This document shows positions 48,240 to 57,936 of a stretch of 64,000 bases of DNA, piece by piece (positions within the stretch are counted from its first letter, which is position 1; each line of letters opens with the position of its first letter). The notes beneath the pieces were generated by a model. The model saw only the letters and a list, made by a program, of their open reading frames with translations, was not told the DNA's origin and did no database searches. The stretch lies in assembly GCA_044337875.1 (NCBI GenBank), contig JBIIMS010000005.1, positions 142,350 through 206,349 of the forward strand, read 5' to 3'. A program made the position numbers and the translations under genes. The stretch is from Gemmataceae bacterium (GTDB taxonomy: Bacteria; Planctomycetota; Planctomycetia; Gemmatales; Gemmataceae).

Positions 48240-50651
48240 TTAACGTTGTTGAAATAGATCCGAGAGCACAAACGCCTCGAGAATGTCTGCGACACGGTAA
48301 TCCTTTTCGCGACTTTTGATCGCGATTTCTTTTAATTTATCTCGATCATCAAATGTTATCGTTCTGCGCAATCCATAGATTGCCAACTTTTCGATGAAGG
48401 TGTTGTTAAACGCATCGAGATCTGCCATCAATAGCTGCTTAAACTCTTTAGCGTTAGCAAAGGTTCGCCCATCGGGCAATACGCCTGTTGCATTCACTAG
48501 CGGATCATCCCCGGTTCCTTCTACTTTTTCGTGAGTGCGCCATTCACCAATGGCATTGTAATTATCAAAGGCCATACCTAGCGGATCAATGTTCCTATGG
48601 CATGAAGCACACCTAGCATCATGAACATGGGCAGCCAGCTTCATGCGAATTGTTGCTTTCGGAGCAGTAAGCGGGTTTGGCTGAATAGGGTCTACATTCG
48701 CTGGAGGCGGGGGTGGTGATTTACCAAGAATCGATTCCGATAACCAAACACCGCGATGAACAGGGCGATGCCGTGTGCCATCCGAGGTAAGCGAAAGAAT
48801 CGATGCCTGAGTAAGTAACCCACCGCGCTTATCTTCGGGTTTGAGCGAAACTCGCTGGAACTCATCTGTGGAGACAGGGGGCAGGCCATAGAACTCAGCC
48901 AGGCGAGGATTCACCATCGTCCAGTCAGAGTCGATAAATTCACGCAGAGTTAAACGCTGCTTTAACACCTGACTAAAAAATGCGAGTGGTTCTTCGATGA
49001 TACTTTTCTCGAGATGGCGATCGTAATTAGGATAGATTTTTTTATCGGGCGCAAACATACCGACCTTGCGCAATCGCAGCCATTGCGTCGGAAACGATTT
49101 CGTAAAGCGTTGCGATCTAGGATCGGCCAACAATCGTGCCAGTTGTTTTTGTAATTCATCCTTATTGTGCAACTTGCCTTCTTGCGCTACTTTCAGAAGT
49201 TCATCATCTGGCATGGTGCTCCATAAGAGATAGGACAATCGCGATGCGAGTTCCCAGTCGTTCAAGGTATGCCGTTCTGCGCTCTGATCGCCTTCTGCCA
49301 TAAAGAGAAAACTTTTCGAGCAGAGGATCGCGGTCATCGCTGATTTGGTAGCATCGACAAACTTTGCACCTGCGGCGATTTCTCCCTCCACAATCTTCAT
49401 GTAGGTTTGTAATTCGCCTTCTTTTAGAGGTCGTCGAAACGCTCGTTTTGCCATGGCCTCGAGTCCAGCACGAGCTTGATCCATGTTCCCCGGCGTCTTT
49501 GCCATGTAGTCGTCACGCCTGCGTTGCTCTTCCTCGGTCACAATGGGGCCCCGCATTGAAATCGAATCTAGGATAAGAATGGGAACCCGCGGCAGGCCCT
49601 GTTGATCAACAATCTTCATCTGCCAGGGTGCGAGTGGATCAGCAGTGGTGACAAACGGAATCCTACTATCCGAATTGTTTCGAGGATGGCGTGGCCCCGC
49701 AGCAATGTTGATCACATGAATTTCAGGAGGACGCACCAGATGGGTTCGAAAGGTGACCGTAATCGGCTTATCTTCAGGGGCTATGATATCCCGCTCAAAC
49801 AATACCCGGTCGAGCTTGTGTTCGTACACCTGCATGCGTGGCGGCCTTTGATCCTCTGGTTTTAATCCAACTACCTTATAGCTGATTTCATAAATACCAG
49901 CTCCGGGGAATGCGCGATCAGGGGAACCATGGAAGGGGCTTGAAGCACGAAAAAGTTCACCAGCAGTAGTAAGCGGAAAACGCACCTTATCGAGCTGGCC
50001 CGCTTTTTCCAAACGCTCGTAGTGAGGCTGCTTGGGACGTACGGTGGCAGCCCGAGTGCTTAAGTCACGATACTCAACCTTCTTATCGGGATAGGCTTCG
50101 GCAAGCACGGCTTCCGCCGCAGTCATGTATTTTTCAATGTGCGTTGGAGAAAGAGTGAGCACAGAACCTAATCGTTCGAAGCCATTCCATTCGGGGTCTT
50201 CAAGTAAACCGCCTGGATCGGCTGCATCGTATTCAACGCCAATCAGATCTCGCACGGAGTTGACATATTCTTCACGCGTTAGGCGGTGATATGAAACGCG
50301 AGCCCGCTTTGCCAAGCGATCCGCTTCGCCCTCTTTAATGCGTGCTGCAAGCCACTGAACAACCTTTGCGCTTTCGTCTGCCGTTGGGCGCTTCTTAACC
50401 TCTTTGGGCGGCATCTCGCCCGAACTAATACGCTCAATAACTTCGGCCCAATGTGAAGAATCTTTCATTCCAACTTCGGGTGATAAACGGTCAATCCGAA
50501 AATCCCCCTCTTGCTTCTCTGCGTTATGGCAACGGATGCAATACGTTTTAAGATAAGGCTGAATCTCCTTTTCGAAAGAGGATTGAGCAGAGGCAATCCC
50601 CGAGTTAAGGAGCAGACACATTAGTATGAAAACTATAAAGCGGTTAATCAT
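48240..50651 (-). CDS. PSCyt / DUF1587-DUF1592-DUF1595-DUF1588-DUF1585-type heme-binding protein
   Basis: The N-terminal CIRCHNAEKQEGDFRIDRL (CxxCH) and C-terminal CASCHRNIDPLGMAFDNYNAIGEWR are typical of the DUF1592/1588 family that pairs with DUF1552. Confidence 0.8.
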   Translation of the reverse strand: MINRFIVFILMCLLLNSGIASAQSSFEKEIQPYLKTYCIRCHNAEKQEGDFRIDRLSPEVGMKDSSHWAEVIERISSGEMPPKEVKKRPTADESAKVVQWLAARIKEGEADRLAKRARVSYHRLTREEYVNSVRDLIGVEYDAADPGGLLEDPEWNGFERLGSVLTLSPTHIEKYMTAAEAVLAEAYPDKKVEYRDLSTRAATVRPKQPHYERLEKAGQLDKVRFPLTTAGELFRASSPFHGSPDRAFPGAGIYEISYKVVGLKPEDQRPPRMQVYEHKLDRVLFERDIIAPEDKPITVTFRTHLVRPPEIHVINIAAGPRHPRNNSDSRIPFVTTADPLAPWQMKIVDQQGLPRVPILILDSISMRGPIVTEEEQRRRDDYMAKTPGNMDQARAGLEAMAKRAFRRPLKEGELQTYMKIVEGEIAAGAKFVDATKSAMTAILCSKSFLFMAEGDQSAERHTLNDWELASRLSYLLWSTMPDDELLKVAQEGKLHNKDELQKQLARLLADPRSQRFTKSFPTQWLRLRKVGMFAPDKKIYPNYDRHLEKSIIEEPLAFFSQVLKQRLTLREFIDSDWTMVNPRLAEFYGLPPVSTDEFQRVSLKPEDKRGGLLTQASILSLTSDGTRHRPVHRGVWLSESILGKSPPPPPANVDPIQPNPLTAPKATIRMKLAAHVHDARCASCHRNIDPLGMAFDNYNAIGEWRTHEKVEGTGDDPLVNATGVLPDGRTFANAKEFKQLLMADLDAFNNTFIEKLAIYGLRRTITFDDRDKLKEIAIKSREKDYRVADILEAFVLSDLFQQR

Positions 50652-50825
50652 GTTGGTAGCTACGGAAACACAAGGGATGAATTAGCAGACTGTATATCGT
50701 ATCCCGAAGCAAATCGAAGCTATTGCGGGGATGATCCGATAAATAATTGTACCTATTAATATTGGAAACTACAAACTCAATTTAAGGCCCGCAGGTGATT
50801 TGGAGTCTAAATAGTGAGGAATGAT

Positions 50826-50858
50826 AAAAAAAGCCTGAGGAGTTTATGCCTCAGGCTT
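50826..50858 (-). terminator. Rho-independent terminator of ilvB
   Basis: AAGCCTGAGG (50831-50840) pairs perfectly with CCTCAGGCTT (50849-50858). On the minus strand the hairpin is followed by a run of T. Confidence 0.7.
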
Positions 50859-50885
50859 TCGTTGATCGTTACCGACAAACACACA

Positions 50886-52649
50886 TTACACCTTGATGAT
50901 ATCCTTAACGGTCATGCCGCTTGGAATCATAGGTAACACATGTTCCTGATGAGGAGTCATCACATCAAGGAGGTAAGGGCCTTTCGATTCAATCATTTCG
51001 ATAAGGGCTTCATCAAGATCTTTTGGATCGGTGATGCGCCTAGTAGCTACTCGGAAACCCTTAGCAATGGTTACAAAGTCAGGGTAGGGGGGCTGATCAA
51101 ACCCAGCGCCCAAATAAGTATGGCCACGATTACTTTCGAAGAAGCGATCTTCCCACTGAACCACCATGCCGAGGTGCTGATTGTTGAGCAGCAACACTTT
51201 GACAGGAAGCTTTTCGGTGAAGCAAGTTGCAAGTTCCTGAACATTCATTAGGAAGCTACCATCGCCATCGACATCGATAACGGTCTTAAGAGGATTGGCA
51301 GCCTGCGCACCCATTGCAGAAGGCAAACCAAAGCCCATAGAGCCAAGGCCACCACTGGTAATCCAGGTTCGAGGAGAATTAAACTTGAAGAACTGGGCAG
51401 CAAACATCTGATGCTGGCCAACACCCGTGGTAACAATAGTATCATCAAGCATGTTGCGTTCTTTAAGAAGTTCCCACATGCGCTTGATTGCTATCTGAGG
51501 AATGATCGCATCTTCGCGAGCTTCGCAACGGAGTGGCTCGGTTGCACGCCAGTGTTCAACCTGCTTGATCCATTCCTGATGGCCTGCGGTAAGCGATGGC
51601 GAACCCTTGGGGCGGGCATCGATCATGCGAACAAGATCTTGCAACGCCAGACAGATGTCACCATGAATTGGCAAATCGGCCTTCTTGATTTTATTAAGTT
51701 CAGAAGGATCGATGTCCAAATGAACAATTTTACCATGCTTGGCGAATTCACTTACTTTGCCCGTAACACGGTCATCAAAGCGAACCCCAAAGGCGAGAAG
51801 AAGATCGGCTTCGTTAATGGCATAATTACTGTAAACGGTGCCATGCATGCCGAGCATGTCAAGGCTAAGGAAATGCTCCGCAGGGAAGCCACCAAGGCCA
51901 AGGAGAGTCATGGCAACAGGAATGCCAGTTTTCTCAGCAAAGGCTTTAAGGTGTTGTGCAGCATTGCTACTGATGATACCACCGCCTGCATAGATGATTG
52001 GTTTTTTGCTTGCACGAAGCATCTCGAGAAGTTTTTCGAGTTCTTCACGAGTGGCTCTGCGATCAGGTGCATAACCCGCCAAGTTCATTGGGGGATCGTA
52101 GTCTGCAACAATTTTGCGCATTTGCACATCTTTGGGCACATCAACAATGATCGGGCCAGGGCGACCTGAAGTAGCAATATAAAAAGCTTCCTTCATAACC
52201 CGGGTAATATCTTCGGTGCGCAAGATCAAATAATGATGCTTGGTAACAGCCCTGCAAACTTCAACGATCGGGGTTTCTTGGAATGCATCGGTGCCAATAA
52301 CTGGCGTACTCACTTGGCCAGTAATGCACATGATGGGGCAGGAATCCATTTTGGCATCTGCGAGGGAGGTGACAAAATTAGTTGCGCCAGGTCCGCTGGT
52401 GGACATACAAACGCCAACTTTGCCAGTGGTACGAGCATAGCCTTCAGCAGCAAATGCACCACCTTGTTCGTGCCTAGGAAGAATGGTACGAAGCTTATCC
52501 GAGACTCGGGTAAGAGCTTGATGAAGGGGCATGCTAGCGCCGCCTGGGTAGGCGAAAATAACATCTACGCCATGATTGATTAAACACTGAACAAGAATTT
52601 CAGCGCCTGATTGAAGATGGCCTTGGCCTTTATGCTCACTCATATCCAA
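50886..52649 (-). CDS. ilvB: Acetolactate synthase (acetohydroxyacid synthase) large subunit
   Basis: 587 aa. [32 protein letters not shown], a TPP-binding region [15 protein letters not shown]...DGDGSFLMN, and a length typical of biosynthetic AHAS. Confidence 0.85.
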   Translation of the reverse strand: MDMSEHKGQGHLQSGAEILVQCLINHGVDVIFAYPGGASMPLHQALTRVSDKLRTILPRHEQGGAFAAEGYARTTGKVGVCMSTSGPGATNFVTSLADAKMDSCPIMCITGQVSTPVIGTDAFQETPIVEVCRAVTKHHYLILRTEDITRVMKEAFYIATSGRPGPIIVDVPKDVQMRKIVADYDPPMNLAGYAPDRRATREELEKLLEMLRASKKPIIYAGGGIISSNAAQHLKAFAEKTGIPVAMTLLGLGGFPAEHFLSLDMLGMHGTVYSNYAINEADLLLAFGVRFDDRVTGKVSEFAKHGKIVHLDIDPSELNKIKKADLPIHGDICLALQDLVRMIDARPKGSPSLTAGHQEWIKQVEHWRATEPLRCEAREDAIIPQIAIKRMWELLKERNMLDDTIVTTGVGQHQMFAAQFFKFNSPRTWITSGGLGSMGFGLPSAMGAQAANPLKTVIDVDGDGSFLMNVQELATCFTEKLPVKVLLLNNQHLGMVVQWEDRFFESNRGHTYLGAGFDQPPYPDFVTIAKGFRVATRRITDPKDLDEALIEMIESKGPYLLDVMTPHQEHVLPMIPSGMTVKDIIKV

Positions 52650-52710
52650 ATCCCTCCTGAAGGGGTAATAAAACCGTTAGGTCATTTAACTATAGCGATT
52701 TTCAAGCGTT

Positions 52711-52737
52711 ATAAAAGGGGAAGTGAGAGTGTTCCCC
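52711..52737 (-). terminator. Terminator candidate downstream of the mqnD-like gene
   Basis: GGGGAA (52717-52722) pairs with TTCCCC (52732-52737) around a 9-nt loop. A T-run follows on the minus strand. Confidence 0.4.
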
Positions 52738-52825
52738 GAATAATCATGCCTACCTTAGTAGTATATCCGGACTACGAACCTTTTTGCCACAAAACAAGCA
52801 GAATATTGGCAAGGAAAGAGGCAAA

Positions 52826-53662
52826 TCAAACAAATTCGACTAAAACAGGGTGCGGAATAACCCCCGCCTTATGCCCCTCAGTTAAGAGCAGCTGAACCGC
52901 TTTACGCCCTTTTTCACCATAATCCACTGTCCAATCGTTCACATACATGCCCACAAACTTGTCTGCCAACCCGGTATCAAGATCTCTGCCATACTGCAAA
53001 GCATAAGCAAGGGCCTCCTTGCGATGATCAAGGCCATAGTGAATACTTTCACGAATCAGCCTGCTGGCTTCGGAAATAATGTCTGCGCCTAAATCTTTGC
53101 GCACGACATTTCCACCTAAAGGAAGGGGCAGGCCTGTTTTTTCATACCACCAGACGCCCAAATCAACAACCAGCTTCAAACCTTGGTTCTGAAACGTCAG
53201 CTGGCCTTCATGAATAATAAGGCCCGCATCTACTTTCCCTTGCTCTACAGCATTTAGAATTTCATCAAACGGAACGATTTCGTATTGAAACTTGCTGCCT
53301 AAAAGTAAACTCAGAGAAAGAAAAGCTGTTGTCAGAGTGCCAGGCACCGCAATACGCAGGTTCTTGAGTTCATCAATGGTATAAGCTTTTTTCGCTACCA
53401 CCATCGGGCCATAACGGTCGCCCATGCTGCAACCCGAAGATAACAACGCATACTTATCCGACAAATAAGCGAAGGCATGAAGGCTGATAGCGGAAATATC
53501 AAGTTCCTGCTTCAAGCATCTGCGGTTGAGGGTTTCGATATCTTGGAGCTCATGAGCAAAAGCGAGATTCCCGGTAGGTATCTTATTATGCGCAAGGGCA
53601 TAAAACATGAAGGCATCATCAGGGTCTGGGCTATGGCCAACAGAAAGAGTTCGAATAGTCAT
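52826..53662 (-). CDS. mqnD: MqnA/MqnD-family menaquinone (futalosine pathway) enzyme, MqnD-like
   Basis: 278 aa. LSVGHSPDPDDAFMFYAL...DIETLNRR...DISAISLHAFAYL fits the VitK2_biosynth (periplasmic-binding-protein-like) family. Assignment to MqnD rather than MqnA is tentative. Confidence 0.55.
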   Translation of the reverse strand: MTIRTLSVGHSPDPDDAFMFYALAHNKIPTGNLAFAHELQDIETLNRRCLKQELDISAISLHAFAYLSDKYALLSSGCSMGDRYGPMVVAKKAYTIDELKNLRIAVPGTLTTAFLSLSLLLGSKFQYEIVPFDEILNAVEQGKVDAGLIIHEGQLTFQNQGLKLVVDLGVWWYEKTGLPLPLGGNVVRKDLGADIISEASRLIRESIHYGLDHRKEALAYALQYGRDLDTGLADKFVGMYVNDWTVDYGEKGRKAVQLLLTEGHKAGVIPHPVLVEFV

Positions 53663-53727
53663 TAAAAAATCTCATGAAGTTAGGTACACCTATAGAATAT
53701 AACCGAGCTTATAGGCTGACCATAACT

Positions 53728-55581
53728 TTAATCAGGTTGATTAGCGGGGCCAATCTTCCCAGCCCTTTTAATGATAGGGCCATTTTCCACCCTGCGAAGT
53801 GCAACACGCGTATTATCATCCGTGGTAATTCCTAGGAACATAAAGCACATTTCATCGGTGGTCTGCTCACCAAACTTAACCCACTTGGGCGGGATGCTAG
53901 GGTTGTGGGGATTGTTGTTGGTATTATCAAAGACAGCTTCGATCTCAATTTTAGTACCTTCTTTTAGCCTCATTGGTTCCTTGAGAAAATAAATCTCCTG
54001 CCAGTTGTAGTCCCACGAATCAATGCGAATAGCTTCAAAAGTTTTTTCACCGGGCTGAGTTATGTTCATAACAAATTTCTTACCGATAAGGTGCATATGA
54101 GGATCGACAGAATGCATTAATACTTCTTGGGCAAGCCAGATGGTATTGCGAACGGTATAGTCGGGCTTATTTGCAGGGATGACAAGAAACTGCCCGGGAA
54201 TCACAAGAGGCTGCACATAACGCTTTGCAGGTTTCTTAGCAAAGTAAAGCCCAACACGAGAGCGATCTTTTTCTTCTTTGCCTGTACGATGGTAATGCAT
54301 CTGAACAATAAAATCAGATCCCTTAGGAAGGAAGTAACCAATGCCCTCGGGAAGAAACTTAGGAGAAATGCCGGGCGCCCAGCCACCCATTTCCCCCGAA
54401 GGAGGAAACCCAACACCCATTGCAGAAGTATAACCCGGGCCATGATCTCCCTTGGTTTCTCCCACACCATTCTTTTCCTTCCAACTGCTTTGTAAATCTC
54501 TGCCTTTACCCGATTTATCCAAATAATGAAGGGTATGATGAACCACCCTGCGATTGCCTGGCCTAAATTCATAAGCCACCACAATTTTGTCTTCGGTGAG
54601 ATTAGTAGGTAAAACCATACAGCGGAAAAGATCTTTGCCTGTACCTGCCAACACCATATCTTCAGAAGGTTCCAAAATTAAATCGGGCTCTCCCAATTGC
54701 CAACCTTCGGTAAACCGCTTGGGCAATGGTGCATTAGCAAAATCCCCTTCCGCACATCCCCCCTTTACCCAGTTGCGTAGCAACGAAGTTTCCGCATCAC
54801 TCATTCTGCGTTCGCCCCGATAGTGCAATCCGCCACTAGGCAACCAAGGTGGCATCTGTTTTTTCTCTACCACTTCCACAAGAAGATCTTTCCAGCGCAC
54901 TGCATCGTTAAAGCTGGTTAACGAAAAGGGGGCGACTTCTCCCGGACGATGGCAGGCTTGACATTTTTCCTGAATAATCGGAGCGATATCGCGATGATAA
55001 GTTACTTTACCCTCTGCAACTTTGGGCAAAGGCCTGCTAATAGGGCAACCCACCGCATCGGTTTTTTTAATCTCAGGTGCTTTGTTCGCAAGATAAGATT
55101 CAATCGCATCGATAAGATCTTTTTTCTTAGGCGTAACATTCCTACGCAAACGTTCGGTCCAAGAATCATCCACTCTTCCCGAGTAAACGACCGCCCCTTT
55201 TGAATCCAAAAGAAACACCTCAGGCGTAATCTTTGCGCCTAAAGCATCCACCAATATAAGCTTGGCGTCATGAAGAACTGGAAACCCAATTTTATACTCG
55301 CGAGCATCTTTCTTTAACTCAGAATCCTCATCCGAATTGGGAATCACCCCAATAAAATTCACACCCTTGGAACTATAGAGGGTTGCGAGTCGGGCTAGTT
55401 CTGTGCTGTATTCTGAACTTATCGGGCATTCAAATTGCATGAAAACAACGACCGTCGCCTTGCTGCCTGCGTGATCTGCCAACTTTGCAGCCTTGCCCTC
55501 TAGATTCTTTATCGAGACTTCAAGCGGGTTGGCCTGCATCATTGCAAAAGATAAAAGACAAAGTGTTGTAATCGAATGCAT
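53728..55581 (-). CDS. Secreted fusion: thioredoxin-fold redoxin (CPIS), heme-c CxxCH segment and copper type II ascorbate-dependent monooxygenase-like (PHM/DBH-like) domains
   Basis: The frame is open from 55611. ATG 55581 has AGGA upstream and gives the signal peptide MHSITTLCLLSFAMMQA. Motifs: VVVFMQFECPISSEY (redoxin, CxxS), CQACHRPG (heme c), and VVHHTLHY, MHYHRTGK, PHMHLIGK and TDEMCFMFLG (copper-site-like His/Met motifs). Confidence 0.65.
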   Translation of the reverse strand: MHSITTLCLLSFAMMQANPLEVSIKNLEGKAAKLADHAGSKATVVVFMQFECPISSEYSTELARLATLYSSKGVNFIGVIPNSDEDSELKKDAREYKIGFPVLHDAKLILVDALGAKITPEVFLLDSKGAVVYSGRVDDSWTERLRRNVTPKKKDLIDAIESYLANKAPEIKKTDAVGCPISRPLPKVAEGKVTYHRDIAPIIQEKCQACHRPGEVAPFSLTSFNDAVRWKDLLVEVVEKKQMPPWLPSGGLHYRGERRMSDAETSLLRNWVKGGCAEGDFANAPLPKRFTEGWQLGEPDLILEPSEDMVLAGTGKDLFRCMVLPTNLTEDKIVVAYEFRPGNRRVVHHTLHYLDKSGKGRDLQSSWKEKNGVGETKGDHGPGYTSAMGVGFPPSGEMGGWAPGISPKFLPEGIGYFLPKGSDFIVQMHYHRTGKEEKDRSRVGLYFAKKPAKRYVQPLVIPGQFLVIPANKPDYTVRNTIWLAQEVLMHSVDPHMHLIGKKFVMNITQPGEKTFEAIRIDSWDYNWQEIYFLKEPMRLKEGTKIEIEAVFDNTNNNPHNPSIPPKWVKFGEQTTDEMCFMFLGITTDDNTRVALRRVENGPIIKRAGKIGPANQPD

Positions 55582-55818
55582 AATGATTTTTCCTGTGTTT
55601 AATGAGCACAATGAATCAACACTAACTCAATCATTTTATCAGGGAGACGTGACAAGAGATTCTGGCATTGGTTTAATTACATCAACCTCAAGTTTAACAG
55701 GTTCAGAATGAACCCCGTCCGGCAGTTTTGCGAAGAAAACCTCTAGAAAAACTTTTTGCGTTCCTTCAGGCACTTTGCTGGTCTCGACCGAGGCCAGAAA
55801 GGGATCTTGTGAACCCGC

Positions 55819-56121
55819 TCAGCAATCCTTCGAGAATGGTTGTGCCAAAGGCTCGCTCAATAATCCATCTGCATCTTGAAACCTTGTCAGGATTGTTATC
55901 TCGGGCAAAGATTCGCCTTCTTGCATCATCAGCCAGCGATCTACAGAATTGCGTTTTAAATTCACCCGAAGCAACACATCATGCGCCACGCCTTCCACCC
56001 ACGATTTCAAAGCTGCGGGCTTTAATTCCAAAACATCGCCCTTGCGAATACCCGCACCGCCACATCCCGAAAGAAGTGTTAGTGAAACAATCAATGGTAT
56101 TACCAGGTAAAGCCTTCGCAT
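55819..56121 (-). CDS. Small lipoprotein ending in Cys-TGA (possible read-through or selenocysteine extension to 55639)
   Basis: ATG 56121 (the frame is open from 56181) gives MRRLYLVIPLIVSLTLLSGCGG (lipobox). The annotated end is ...PFSKDC-TGA at 55821-55819. See the corresponding finding. Confidence 0.45.
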   Translation of the reverse strand: MRRLYLVIPLIVSLTLLSGCGGAGIRKGDVLELKPAALKSWVEGVAHDVLLRVNLKRNSVDRWLMMQEGESLPEITILTRFQDADGLLSEPLAQPFSKDC

Positions 56122-56183
56122 GTCTGTTATCTTACAGCAATCAAATCTGTATTGGAAGTAACCGAAGCCAGCATTTCTCAAAC

Positions 56184-57740
56184 TTATCTGGGCTGTTCAG
56201 TTTTCTTAAGAGGTTTACCTGCCAGCTTTCCAGTGGCCTTTCCATCCATAATTGCAAAGGTGCCATTAACAAGAACATGGCTTATACCGGTGGCATACTG
56301 ATGTGGTTTGTCGTAGGTGGCTTTATCGCGAAAAGTATCAGGATTAAAAACTACAATGTCTGCAAAATACCCAACCTTCAAATAACCACGATCCTTAAGG
56401 CCCATGATATCTGCAGGTAACCCACTCGCAGAACGGATTGCAGTTTCGAGTGGAATAAGCTTTTCTTGAATTGCATAAAAACCAATCTTGCGGGGGAAGG
56501 TTCCATAATTCCGAGGATGAGGCACGGAAGAAGTGTCGGGAACCTTTGCGCCACCATCACTTGCGGTGGCAACAAAATCCTGCTTCATGAACAGGCGCAT
56601 ATCTTCCTCACTCATGCCAAAGTGCACAATCTGAGCGCCTCCGTTTTTCTCTATTTCAACTACAATATCAACCGGAGATTTGCCCATCATTTTTGACAAA
56701 TCTGCGATGTTTTTGCCTGCATATCTAGGCTTTTGCGCATAATAGGCAATCCGCAAGTCAGCACCCCCATTCATAGATTCCAAAGAATCTGCAATCGCTT
56801 TTCTAAGCAACACCCCAAGCTCTGGGTCTTCAAATCTTTTCACCAACTCGGCTCGCTCGCCCTCACGAAAACGCGAAGGCACCACCGTTGCAGTAAGAGA
56901 GGTGCTGCTTGCAATGTAGGGGTATTGATCTGCTGTAACTTTGATTCCGTTCTTTCTTGCCTGCATTAACAGTGCAAGCACATCGCCTGATTTGCCCCAT
57001 ACGGATCTGCCCGAAACCTTGATATGCGAAATATGCACAGGCATATTAGCTTCTTTTCCGATAGCTAATGCCTCATTGATTGCGGGAAGAACTTCAGAAC
57101 CCTCATCGCGAATATGACTCGCATAATAGCCGCCATGGGAAGAAGCAACTTTTGCTAGCGTGATTAATTCGGGAGTCTTTGCATAAGTACCTGGGTTGTA
57201 AATCAAACCAGTGGAAAGGCCCCACGCACCATCCTTCATCGCCTTGGTTGCAAGATCCACCATTTTTTTCAACTCAACTTCAGTAGGCGCACGGTTTACA
57301 TTTCCCATAACTGCCCTTCGGGCATCGTTATGGGGAATTTGATGAGCAACATTACTGCCAACATTTACTTTTAAAAGAGCTTTATAAAAAGCCTCGGTAT
57401 CAACAGGGCCAGAGCCACAATTGCCTGTAACCGTAGTGGTAACCCCCTGAAAAAGGTAGTTAAGATTGGCATTGGTTGGCAGCTTCAAAAGAGGAAAATC
57501 GCTGTGAGTATGCATATCGATGAACCCAGGCGCTATAATTAAACCGGAAACATCAAAAGATTTTGTGTTAGGAGGGATTGGGAAGGAACCAATCGCAGCA
57601 ATGCGCTCGCCCTTAATCGCAATATCGCCCAAAACGGCCATTTTGCCTGTTCCGTCAAAAACTAGTCCCCCTTTAAGAATAAAATCGGCATCCAGAGGTG
57701 CTGCAGCAAAGAATAGGAAGGCGAAAAGGGGTAGGAGCAT
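56184..57740 (-). CDS. N-acyl-D-amino-acid deacylase (D-aminoacylase) family amidohydrolase
   Basis: 518 aa with a signal peptide and the metal-binding motif APGFIDMHTHSD. The length and C-terminal beta-domain are typical of the family. Confidence 0.75.
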   Translation of the reverse strand: MLLPLFAFLFFAAAPLDADFILKGGLVFDGTGKMAVLGDIAIKGERIAAIGSFPIPPNTKSFDVSGLIIAPGFIDMHTHSDFPLLKLPTNANLNYLFQGVTTTVTGNCGSGPVDTEAFYKALLKVNVGSNVAHQIPHNDARRAVMGNVNRAPTEVELKKMVDLATKAMKDGAWGLSTGLIYNPGTYAKTPELITLAKVASSHGGYYASHIRDEGSEVLPAINEALAIGKEANMPVHISHIKVSGRSVWGKSGDVLALLMQARKNGIKVTADQYPYIASSTSLTATVVPSRFREGERAELVKRFEDPELGVLLRKAIADSLESMNGGADLRIAYYAQKPRYAGKNIADLSKMMGKSPVDIVVEIEKNGGAQIVHFGMSEEDMRLFMKQDFVATASDGGAKVPDTSSVPHPRNYGTFPRKIGFYAIQEKLIPLETAIRSASGLPADIMGLKDRGYLKVGYFADIVVFNPDTFRDKATYDKPHQYATGISHVLVNGTFAIMDGKATGKLAGKPLKKTEQPR

Positions 57741-57907
57741 AGAAAAATCCTTAAAACCAAGGGAAAAATAAGAGAAGTTTGATGGAGTCTACCGTAGTAA
57801 ACAGGGTGTGCAAACGATAAAACATGAGGATTATTAGGGTTATGTGGGCTACGCAGGGGTATAAAAAAGCTGTCCGGAAAAGTTGCGCCAAATTGCCTAT
57901 TTAATTC

Positions 57908-57936
57908 TTGACCAATGATCATCCTGACTTTACTAT
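57908..57936 (+). promoter_or_regulatory. Sigma70-like promoter candidate for the Cys-rich repeat gene
   Basis: TTGACC (57908-57913), a 17-nt spacer, then TACTAT (57931-57936). It lies about 245 nt upstream of ATG 58182. Confidence 0.35.

Noticed and set aside
51411-52169. 252-aa plus-strand ORF
   Set aside because: It is entirely antisense to the well-supported ilvB gene. It has no motif and no RBS, so it is a typical shadow ORF.
55728-56420. 230-aa plus-strand ORF
   Set aside because: It runs antisense across the lipoprotein gene and the 3' end of the D-aminoacylase gene. Its composition is low-complexity (Ser/Leu/Arg-rich).
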